17,788 bases of DNA from Candidatus Heimdallarchaeota archaeon (GTDB taxonomy: Archaea > Asgardarchaeota > Heimdallarchaeia > JABLTI01): NCBI GenBank assembly GCA_030614005.1, contig JAUWKS010000066.1, positions 1 to 17,788 on the forward strand. Direction: 5' to 3'. Below the pieces are notes generated by a model that worked only from the letters and a program-made list of their open reading frames with translations, ran no database searches and was not told the DNA's origin. The stretch's first letter is position 1; the number at the start of each line of letters is the position of its first letter. This document shows positions 8,276 to 15,822 of this stretch, one piece after another. The translations under genes and the position numbers were made by a program.

Positions 8276-9040
8276 ATGAACGTCTCTCGTAAATTTAAAA
8301 GAATAAAAATAGAAATGCGAACACCAATTGCAAAACCAGGCAATGGGCAAATTAGTAACGGAAAGATAAACAACTTACTGCTAATTGGAAATGGAACCGG
8401 GAAAGAAGGAAAGAGATACTTAGTGAAAGGACTTCGAGGACTGCTAAATCACTCAATGATGACGATAGCAGAACAAAAAGGAATAGAGATATGCCATTCG
8501 TCAAATAAAGTGGAAACACAAAGTGGAGAGAATTTACTACCAGCAAATTTCCACCCAAACGGTGCATGTTACCCGGAAAATGAGTGCATTAGACACTGGT
8601 TGATGGGATCAATCAATAAGAGATCAGTGTTGCGGTTTAAACCTGTGGTTATTGTATCTGAGAACGGAAAAAGAAAAGCTACAGGAGGGCAAAAAATGCA
8701 CATCGCTACAGAAAATCGAAATAGCCTAATGAAAGACACAATGAAAGCTATCCAAGATTTTGGGGATAGATACATAGCTGGGAAGTTCACACTAGTAATT
8801 GAATTATTGCGAGAACTTTCTCAAGAAGAATTAGGATTCCTATTGAAAAGCATACTCAATTTTCCAGAGATGGGGTTCGGGGGGGCAGTAAACAATGGAT
8901 CGGGGGAAATCATCTTAGAAAAAGTAGCATTACAAGAAGTGGTTCGAACAAGAGCTATTGGGAAAAAAGGAACAATAATCGAGGAGGAGAAAGAGAAAAA
9001 CCTTTGGAAAGAGATGGAGGAGGGGCTTGCATCTTGGTAA
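8276..9040 (+). CDS. cas7: Cas7-group RAMP protein (Csm3-like; ARAMP-type)
   Basis: N-terminal strand + TP; KGLRGLL (~SLKGxLR); Cys/His knuckle CHS...ACYPENECIRHWLMGS (~C..C.LFGS); SVLRF; C-terminal G-rich loop GFGGAVNNGSG. Confidence 0.8.
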   Translation: MNVSRKFKRIKIEMRTPIAKPGNGQISNGKINNLLLIGNGTGKEGKRYLVKGLRGLLNHSMMTIAEQKGIEICHSSNKVETQSGENLLPANFHPNGACYPENECIRHWLMGSINKRSVLRFKPVVIVSENGKRKATGGQKMHIATENRNSLMKDTMKAIQDFGDRYIAGKFTLVIELLRELSQEELGFLLKSILNFPEMGFGGAVNNGSGEIILEKVALQEVVRTRAIGKKGTIIEEEKEKNLWKEMEEGLASW

Positions 9041-9972
9041 CAAAGAGGATCTTTACTCTCGAGGGAAAATTACTGACACCAATAATAACACCCTCATTAG
9101 TAACAAAGAATGGTTCTTGTAGATGTAAAGTGCTGCGAAATTTAACATCAGAGAAAAAACCACTAAGAACATACATTGGTAAACTAGTAAAAGGAGAACG
9201 AAAAGCACCAGCAAAACAATTAGCATACAGAGGATTTGTGAGAATAACAACCGTAGATTGGAATAACGAAAGAGGGAGAAAGAACATTCAAAACTTTTTC
9301 AAAAGAGAACACCTGGGTAAGAAAACAAATGAAGGATTTGGTATGGTTCAATGGGTAAATTACAAAGAGGGACCATACAAACCAGTGGAACAAGAACAAA
9401 AGAGAAAAAAATTAAAGTTTAGAAAAGGGTTGGGACCAAATTATCCTAAAGAATTACAAAGATTGATTATAGCATTAATGCTTCACGATTTTGTGCATAC
9501 AGAGAAACATCCGAGCAAGATATTCAAAGAAATAACGATTAATGATGTAGAAATTAGAACTGCCTGTTTGAACCATCACAACGGAACAACTAATGAAAAC
9601 ATACTACTGCCTTTGATTAGATATTACGATGGATTAGCTTCTTACATAACGAGAAAGAAACCTTTCAAAACTTTAACGAGATATGACTATCAAAATGGGA
9701 AAATAGCATTCGAACAATTAGCAGAAGAAATAGAAGAAAGACAAGATTCCGCATACAAACTATACAATTACATCTACTACTCAAAAGAATTAAAGCGAAT
9801 AGTGGAATCTATGACTTACGGACAGAACAGCCTGAGAAACCACTTGCTATTAATGGTAAATTTAGCAATAAATGACTATCTAAGCAGAAAAATAATAATA
9901 GCAAATGGGGCAATAATCAATAGAAATAACAACCAAAAGACTAAAAAATCAATCTCAGAATCGGCAACTTGA
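9034..9972 (+). CDS. cas5: Cas5-group RAMP fused to a Cas10-type circularly permuted HD nuclease domain
   Basis: TTG at 9034 with GGAGG SD, overlapping the cas7 stop. RAMP start (FTLEGKLLTPII) and G-loop HLGKKTNEGFG. HD motifs LHD (H151/D152), NHH (H181/H182), YDGLAS..R (D199), C-terminal SLRNHLL (H270). Confidence 0.75.
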   Translation: MVTKRIFTLEGKLLTPIITPSLVTKNGSCRCKVLRNLTSEKKPLRTYIGKLVKGERKAPAKQLAYRGFVRITTVDWNNERGRKNIQNFFKREHLGKKTNEGFGMVQWVNYKEGPYKPVEQEQKRKKLKFRKGLGPNYPKELQRLIIALMLHDFVHTEKHPSKIFKEITINDVEIRTACLNHHNGTTNENILLPLIRYYDGLASYITRKKPFKTLTRYDYQNGKIAFEQLAEEIEERQDSAYKLYNYIYYSKELKRIVESMTYGQNSLRNHLLLMVNLAINDYLSRKIIIANGAIINRNNNQKTKKSISESAT

Positions 9973-10035
9973 TGCGGAGAAATGCAAAGGAATAAAAGCA
10001 TTCGCAAAAGTGCTAGAGATGTTGAGATGCATCTA
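9971..10035 (+). ncRNA. Candidate structured RNA element downstream of cas5-HD (speculative)
   Basis: Hairpin TGCG[GAGA]AATGC-loop-GCATT-CGCA and hairpin AGATG-loop-CATCT. Two similar motifs GATGCGGAGAAATGCA (9971-9986) and GATGTTGAGATGCA (10018-10031), 31 nt apart. Confidence 0.25.
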
Positions 10036-10149
10036 ATCCTTGACCATGAACAAAACTAACTCAAGAGAGATAATCCAACTCGAAGAATGAGAAGGCTCGG
10101 AGCATAGGCAGGGAAAAGCCAACAGAAAAAGTCGGTAGGAGACAGAAAA

Positions 10150-10917
10150 ATTTACTACGTAGCTGAAGTTCGCGATACAATTAGAGTAATCCCCAAGAGA
10201 TTTGGCGAAGACCTAGAAGAAGTTGTACTAGAAATATGTAGAGAGACATTTGAGGGTACAATCAGCAAAGAATTAGGACTTACTATAGTTGTAGTTGATC
10301 TCTTGGAGATAGGTCCTGGAAGACTTGTTCCCGGTGATGGAGCAGCATTCTATGACGTTATATTTAGTACTTTGAATTATTTACCAGAAGATAGAGAATT
10401 TATTCTTGGCGATGTTGTAGAAGTAACTGATTTCGGTGTCTTCTTACGACTTGGCTGTGTTGATGCACTATGCCATGTTAGTCAAGTTGCTGATGATTAC
10501 TATTCTTATAGCTCAAAACAAGGTGTCTTATTAGGGCGCGAAAGTGGGAAGACTATTAGTGTTGGTGATAGAGTACGAGCTAGAATAATTGCTGTAACTA
10601 TTGGAAAATCCCAAATAAGAATTGGAGTAACAATGAGACAAGCAGGTCTAGGTGTTGAAAGTTGGGTAGAGGAATGGAAGAAAGCTTCCGCCACTGCAAA
10701 AGATAAGAAACCTGCTGGAAAGGACAAAGCGACTAAAGGAAAAGCTGATAAAAAAACTAAATCCGATTCAAAAGATAAATCTAGTTCAAAATCCACAACA
10801 AAGAAGGCTACTACAAAAAAAGCTACAACAAAGAAACCTGCTAAAAAGAAGACTGCCGATAAGAAACCTGCCGAAAAGAAAACTACAGCAAAGAAGTCCA
10901 CAACCAAAAAGAAATGA
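10150..10917 (+). CDS. rpoE1: DNA-directed RNA polymerase subunit E' (Rpo7), probable ATT start, Lys/Thr-rich C-terminal tail
   Basis: The frame upstream of the tracked 10303 start reads (I)YYVAEVRDTIRVIPKRFGEDLEEVVLEICRETFEG, the canonical Rpo7 N-terminus. S1 domain GVFLRLGCVDALCHVSQV; IGVTMRQAGLG motif. Confidence 0.95.
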   Translation: MYYVAEVRDTIRVIPKRFGEDLEEVVLEICRETFEGTISKELGLTIVVVDLLEIGPGRLVPGDGAAFYDVIFSTLNYLPEDREFILGDVVEVTDFGVFLRLGCVDALCHVSQVADDYYSYSSKQGVLLGRESGKTISVGDRVRARIIAVTIGKSQIRIGVTMRQAGLGVESWVEEWKKASATAKDKKPAGKDKATKGKADKKTKSDSKDKSSSKSTTKKATTKKATTKKPAKKKTADKKPAEKKTTAKKSTTKKK

Positions 10918-10963
10918 ATGATTAGTTAGTATTAATTAAACAAAGCATGATAAGGTGTAAAAA

Positions 10964-11149
10964 ATGGCTAAAGCATGTAAAACCTGCCACAGAATAGTAG
11001 ATGAAGGCAACCAATGCCCAAATTGTAAAACTCATAACTTTTCTAAAGATTATTCTGGAGAAGTTCATATAATTAATCCTGAGCAATCAGCAATAGCTAA
11101 GAAATTAAATATTAAAAAACCTGGAACTTACGCCTTACGAGTGAGATAA
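10964..11149 (+). CDS. spt4: Transcription elongation factor Spt4 (RpoE'')
   Basis: KACKTCHRIV...CPNC...SKDYSG...INPEQSAIAKKLNIKKPGTYALRVR; follows rpoE1. Confidence 0.95.
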   Translation: MAKACKTCHRIVDEGNQCPNCKTHNFSKDYSGEVHIINPEQSAIAKKLNIKKPGTYALRVR

Positions 11150-11199
11150 TTTTTTTATCTTTACTCTCTTTTAACTTTTTGTTCTTCTAATATCAACTG

Positions 11200-11784
11200 G
11201 TGTATTTAGTTATGAAAAAAGAAAAAAATTTCTCTTCCCAAGATTATTTCTTACCGGTTGAAATGAGAGAGGAACTAAAACAGCCGTTAGGAGAATTGAT
11301 TACTGAATCCCCGACAAAAAATTTGTTACAACGAATAGAGAACGAGAAACCTCGACTAACAATTTTCGTTGGAGATTATTGTGTGCAAGAAGCTATCAAT
11401 TCAGGGTATATTCCGAACATATCTATAATAGATGGGAAAAATTTGCGTGAAAAATTTAGAAATATCTTGATTCCAAACGCAAAAGTAATAAAGACAAAAA
11501 ATCCCCCAGCGATGGTAACAGCTGAATCATGGACAATGATCGCTGAACAAATAGGAAAACAAATTGACTCTTCTGAGAATAAATCAAAGGAACCAATAGT
11601 TCTTTTTATAGATGGGGAAGAGGATTTATTGGTATTCCCAGCAGTGATAGAGAGTCCTGAAGGAGCTTTCATCATTTATGGTCAACCTCACGAAGGGGTT
11701 GTGCTAATTAAAGTAACAGCAAACGTAAAGTTCAAATTTAGGAAGCTTATCGAACGAATGAAGGTTAACAAAAATGAAGATTAA
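11200..11784 (+). CDS. DUF359 GTP-dependent dephospho-CoA kinase
   Basis: REELKQPLG, VGD, IIDGK, NPPA, IDGEEDLL, YGQP.EGVV motifs; conserved position between spt4 and rps24e. GTG 11200 or ATG 11212 start. Confidence 0.9.
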   Translation: MYLVMKKEKNFSSQDYFLPVEMREELKQPLGELITESPTKNLLQRIENEKPRLTIFVGDYCVQEAINSGYIPNISIIDGKNLREKFRNILIPNAKVIKTKNPPAMVTAESWTMIAEQIGKQIDSSENKSKEPIVLFIDGEEDLLVFPAVIESPEGAFIIYGQPHEGVVLIKVTANVKFKFRKLIERMKVNKNED

Positions 11785-12067
11785 GGTAGTAAATAAAAAC
11801 ACCAACAAGCTTCTAGACAGGCTCGAAGTTAACTTTGAGATTGAATCAGAAGCAGAAACACCTAAGCGATTAGAGGTTAAAGAGAAGTTGGCTGCAATGA
11901 TAAATTATGATGCTAGTTTAGTTGTTATCAAAAAAATAGATCAATTAACTGGTATTCGCAAAAGTGTTGGAATTGCTCATGCGTACAAAACACAAGAAAC
12001 ACTAAAAACAGTTGAGCCTGAACACTTAATCAAACGAAATACTCCCCCACCCGCTAAAAAGGAATAA
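11774..12067 (+). CDS. rps24e: 30S ribosomal protein S24e
   Basis: NKLLDRLEVNF, TPKRLEVKEKLAA, G.RKSVG.AHAY, EPEHLIKRN. Confidence 0.95.
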   Translation: MKIKVVNKNTNKLLDRLEVNFEIESEAETPKRLEVKEKLAAMINYDASLVVIKKIDQLTGIRKSVGIAHAYKTQETLKTVEPEHLIKRNTPPPAKKE

Positions 12068-12098
12068 AATAAAAGAATTATACACACGGTGAATACTA

Positions 12099-12272
12099 AT
12101 GCCTAAAGAGAAAAATCAAGAAGTTTGGACGTATTATAAAGTAGATAAATCTGGCATACAGCGAACTAAGAAAGAATGCCCTCGATGCAAAGGATCTTTT
12201 CTTGCTGAGCACAAAGATAGAAGAACTTGTGGAAGTTGTGGTTATACCGAATATAAGCAAAAAGGGAAGTAA
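12099..12272 (+). CDS. rps27ae: 30S ribosomal protein S27ae, 57 aa (not in the ORF track)
   Basis: Manual translation: [57 protein letters not shown]. Confidence 0.95.
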   Translation: MPKEKNQEVWTYYKVDKSGIQRTKKECPRCKGSFLAEHKDRRTCGSCGYTEYKQKGK

Positions 12273-12403
12273 ATAATTTTCCTACCTCCCAGCCCCACAC
12301 TATTAAGTATCAATCTCAAAAGTAAGTTACAATAGAAATTTTACAATTTCTATCTTATAATTTATTAGTTTTAAAAAGCAAATAAAAGCAATGAGGTTAT
12401 TCT

Positions 12404-13042
12404 TTGTTGAAGGAAAATTTCCGTGGAGCTGAATCCAAACTTTATATTAAAGATTGGTTAGATTTGCCGGCTATATACAAACAGCGAATAGCCAAAACAT
12501 ATCGAATAGAAGAATTGGATTTTTACTTTAGAAAACAGAGAACAATACATGAAGCAAAGCTCCTTGCTAAAGCTAAATCAATTGCTGGTGTAAAAACTCC
12601 TTTTATTTATGAAATCGACATCCCCCAAACTACAATTATAATGGAATTAGTTGAAGGAGATCAACTGAAAAATCTTTTACCAAGTTTTAATGCAAAAAAA
12701 AGAGAAGAAATTTGTAGAGAGGTTGGAAGAAACGTAGGTAAATTACATCATGCTAATATCATTCATGGAGACTTAACAACATCAAATATTTTGTTATCTT
12801 CAAAAACTAATGAACTTATATTTGTTGATTTTGGCCTAGGGTATATTTCAGATAGATTAGAAGATTTTGGAATTGATGTATTTCTCCTTGAAAGAGCTTT
12901 TATCAGCACTCATCAAAACATCTATGAAAATTCATGGAATGCAATAATTCAGGGATATAAAGAAACCTCTCAAAATGGTGAGCAAATAGAAGAAAAAATA
13001 AAAGAAATAGCATCTCGAGGGAGATACTCCGAGAGAATGTAA
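12404..13042 (+). CDS. bud32: KEOPS kinase Bud32 (Kae1-associated)
   Basis: FRGAES, KQRIAKTYR, RTIHEAKLL, IIHGDLTTSNI, VDFGL, EDFGIDV.LL, RGRY. Confidence 0.93.
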   Translation: MLKENFRGAESKLYIKDWLDLPAIYKQRIAKTYRIEELDFYFRKQRTIHEAKLLAKAKSIAGVKTPFIYEIDIPQTTIIMELVEGDQLKNLLPSFNAKKREEICREVGRNVGKLHHANIIHGDLTTSNILLSSKTNELIFVDFGLGYISDRLEDFGIDVFLLERAFISTHQNIYENSWNAIIQGYKETSQNGEQIEEKIKEIASRGRYSERM

Positions 13043-13046
13043 TTGA

Positions 13047-13712
13047 TTATGCATAAGCTCTTTGATGAAGTGCAACGACAAATCCCCAACCAATATGAGG
13101 GTCGAGCTTATCACTTAGTAGTTGTAAGGTAAATCCTGCTTTTCTTTTAGTTTGGAAATAAACCTCCTCTCGATTTTCTGGATGAATAAAAGTGAATTGC
13201 CTCATTTTATTTTTTAATGATTGACTGTCTTCAGGATCTCTAATAGCAATTATTTCTCCATTGGTATCAAAAATTTGCCATAAATCTGCTTTAGCTATAT
13301 GCTTTATTTCTCCACGCAAATTTCTACCATAGTCAAAAATTTTCCAACTTGCGTCTGAGATTTTATTTGATGCTCTAGAACTTCCGTCTACTGATCCAAT
13401 AACTCGATTCACATCATTAAAGAAATAATATCTAATATTGTAATTCTTATCCACAACAAATTTAGTCACATCTCTTTTTTCTGCAAAAGCGATTCTTGAG
13501 CCTAATGTGTTATAAATAATATAAGCATATTTCTGAGCAGCAAAATTATACTTTTTTAGTTTGTATATTGGTAAAAGCTTTATTTCCTTAACAATATCTT
13601 CTGATAGAAAACGTTCGCATTTCGAACAAAAATAATCATTATATTGTTTCATATATTCAACATTACTATCACAAAACTTACAGGGACGCTTTTTTTTCTT
13701 TGAACCAAACAA
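13047..13712 (-). CDS. Zn-ribbon plus LURP-one/scramblase (tubby-like beta-barrel) domain protein
   Basis: CKFC..VEY.KQYNDYFCSKC N-terminus; repeated 'W/Y.I.D..G..IG' strand motif; C-terminal DP...W.FVVAL helix. Confidence 0.55.
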   Translation of the reverse strand: MFGSKKKKRPCKFCDSNVEYMKQYNDYFCSKCERFLSEDIVKEIKLLPIYKLKKYNFAAQKYAYIIYNTLGSRIAFAEKRDVTKFVVDKNYNIRYYFFNDVNRVIGSVDGSSRASNKISDASWKIFDYGRNLRGEIKHIAKADLWQIFDTNGEIIAIRDPEDSQSLKNKMRQFTFIHPENREEVYFQTKRKAGFTLQLLSDKLDPHIGWGFVVALHQRAYA

Positions 13713-13894
13713 GATTCTTCTTCTCCTAATATCTCATTTACAAAGTAAAGGGGGACAACTCTTATAAAACAAACTAAATACTTTGTTGAAAATCATTCTT
13801 AAAAGAGATAGAAAATCCTATATAGAAATAACTTTTTTAAACTGTTAATTAACTCAAGAGTTGCTGTAATAAAATTGTTACATGAGGTAGAACC

Positions 13895-14260
13895 ATGAGC
13901 TCAAAAGACTACGATGACGATGAATACTATACCGAAATCGAAGATGAGGAAGAGGAAGAAGAAGAATGGGAATACTTTGAAGAAGAAGATAAAGAAAAAT
14001 TGAGAGATAGAGTTTCCATATGGGATATTATTAAACTCATAGGATTATTTGCAGCTTTTGCGTTATTTTTCCTCTATTTTAGATTCTGGGATTTCTTTGT
14101 CAATCTGCTTTCATTTGGCAATGAAGAATTAGGTTTCTCGAGACTTGTTTTTATTACAATATTTCTCTTCCCAGTTGCAGCAGCATTTTTCTTAGCAGGA
14201 CTTGTGAAAGTGTCAAAAACACTATTCATTCCTACAAAGGACGCTCCTGTAAAAGATTGA
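13895..14260 (+). CDS. Small membrane protein with an acidic N-terminus and two transmembrane helices
   Basis: D/E-rich residues 1-35; hydrophobic segments IIKLIGLFAAFALFFLYF and LVFITIFLFPVAAAFFLAGLV; GAGGT SD. Confidence 0.75.
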   Translation: MSSKDYDDDEYYTEIEDEEEEEEEWEYFEEEDKEKLRDRVSIWDIIKLIGLFAAFALFFLYFRFWDFFVNLLSFGNEELGFSRLVFITIFLFPVAAAFFLAGLVKVSKTLFIPTKDAPVKD

Positions 14261-14268
14261 AAGAAAAA

Positions 14269-14288
14269 GAGAAGAGTTTCATCTTCTC
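14269..14288. terminator. Hairpin between convergent genes
   Basis: GAGAAGA/TCTTCTC 7-bp stem with 6-nt loop, flanked by A-rich and T-rich runs. Confidence 0.4.
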
Positions 14289-14318
14289 AAAATTTTATTT
14301 ATTTATCTATCTACTTAC

Positions 14319-14825
14319 TCATTTTTGTTTTTGTAAAACATCTTCGACAAGCCAAGACCAGTATATAGCCATTGCTTGTTTACCCCAGTTGAAACCATTA
14401 TTGCGTAATAGATTACGGATATAAACACCAATTTCACCTTTGTTTTTGAGCGCCCAAAGACGTCCTTCAGATTCAATTATACCTCTTACTTTTTGAATGA
14501 AACTAGCCTCCAAATTACCATTGAGAAAATCGACCGCCTCATTCCACGATTTCTTTGTTATTTTCTTTCCATCATCTTTTGGTAATTTAGTTTTGATTTG
14601 TGTTTGGATAATTTCTTCAGCTAATTCAGTGCCTATTTTAGAAAAAGTAGTATACAATGAAGATCTCAATACAGGGCTGTCATCAGTTTGAAGAAGTTGT
14701 GTTAGTGGTTCAATGAATCGATCATCCCCGTTTTCGCCAATGAAATCAAAAAGCTCTTCACGTTGCTTTTGATCTCGTTCATTTCTGATTTGCTCCAACA
14801 TTTTCATATATTCAAATTCACTCAT
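14319..14825 (-). CDS. Hypothetical protein with an N-terminal HEAT-like repeat
   Basis: IGENGDDRFIEPLTQLLQTDDSPVLRSSLYTTFSKIGTE resembles a PBS-lyase HEAT repeat. Confidence 0.6.
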   Translation of the reverse strand: MSEFEYMKMLEQIRNERDQKQREELFDFIGENGDDRFIEPLTQLLQTDDSPVLRSSLYTTFSKIGTELAEEIIQTQIKTKLPKDDGKKITKKSWNEAVDFLNGNLEASFIQKVRGIIESEGRLWALKNKGEIGVYIRNLLRNNGFNWGKQAMAIYWSWLVEDVLQKQK

Positions 14826-14946
14826 TTTTTTTTATCACTCGTCGAATATTGTCGGTATATACAGCTTATATTATCCTTTAACTACAAAAACGTTTTCTCT
14901 GGAAAAGTAGGTACATTTTTTTTGATAGGGAGAAAAGGGTAATACA

Positions 14947-15630
14947 TTATTCAGAAGGTTTGTTTTTAACGCCTTTCATTCTCGCACCTGTAAATATAGT
15001 GCCCTTTATATTAGCCCCTTGTAAATCTGCACCCTCTAAAATAGCTCCAGAAAGATCAGCATTTTCAAGATTCGTTTTGATTAACCGTGCTTCATTAAGA
15101 AGAGCTTTTTTCATAATAGCTCCGACAAGTGATGCTTCACGAAGGGATGCGAATTGTAAATTACAAAAAGTAAAATCTGCTTCTGCTAAATCACTATAAT
15201 CTAAACTTGCAAGATAGAGTTTTGAATTATTGAATTTTGCTCCTATGCCCTTTGCTTCATAAAATGAACAATTCTCCATATCACATCTGCTAAGAATAGT
15301 TCTATCAACAGTAGTTTCATCCAATTGAGCGTCAGGCATGAGGGCTTCGGTAAAATCAGCATCAGTTAAGTTAGCTTTTTGAAGGTTAGCTGATTCAAGC
15401 TTGGCTTTCTTCAAAGAGGCTTTTGTAAGATTTGCTCCTTCGAGGATAGCAGCATCAAGACAAGCACCATCTAAAATTACTCCTTCAAGATTAGCATTTG
15501 TCAAATCAGTATCAAAGAAATCAACATTCTCCAAGGATCCACCACTAAGGTCGGCTCCAGATAAATTCGCGGAGCAATATGCATGTTTGTCCTCTGCTAA
15601 TTTAGCTAAAATTTCTTCACGTGTTGGCAT
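14947..15630 (-). CDS. Pentapeptide repeat protein
   Basis: Tandem A(D/N)Lxx pentamers (ANLSG ADLSG ... ANLTK ASLKK AKLES ANLQK ANLTD) over nearly the whole length. Confidence 0.95.
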   Translation of the reverse strand: MPTREEILAKLAEDKHAYCSANLSGADLSGGSLENVDFFDTDLTNANLEGVILDGACLDAAILEGANLTKASLKKAKLESANLQKANLTDADFTEALMPDAQLDETTVDRTILSRCDMENCSFYEAKGIGAKFNNSKLYLASLDYSDLAEADFTFCNLQFASLREASLVGAIMKKALLNEARLIKTNLENADLSGAILEGADLQGANIKGTIFTGARMKGVKNKPSE

Positions 15631-15822
15631 ATTGCGTCATCCCAATCAATTAGATGTGTAAAATGCGATACCACGTATAATAATGTTATTTATAGTATGA
15701 TTTGCTTTTTTGTATATTTAAATCTAAAATTTGCTAGGTAACTATGAGAGCGCGAGAAAAATCTCATTGAAAAATGAAAACATATTTGAAAGAAATACTA
15801 CTAGATTGCAGGAGAGTAAAAT

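Noticed and set aside
9004-9033. ORF-track start for cas5-HD
   Set aside because: These codons contain the SD; TTG 9034 gives correct spacing and a RAMP-like N-terminus.
6141-9997. 12-bp inverted match TTTTATTCCTTT / AAAGGAATAAAA bracketing the LAGLIDADG-RAMP block
   Set aside because: Low complexity, does not extend, no flanking duplication; plausibly chance.
9970-10059. Selenocysteine or stop readthrough of the cas5-HD TGA (frame stays open for 28 more codons, CGEMQ...HEQN)
   Set aside because: No redox motif context or recognisable SECIS. The HD domain is already complete, and an RNA element explains the hairpin more simply.
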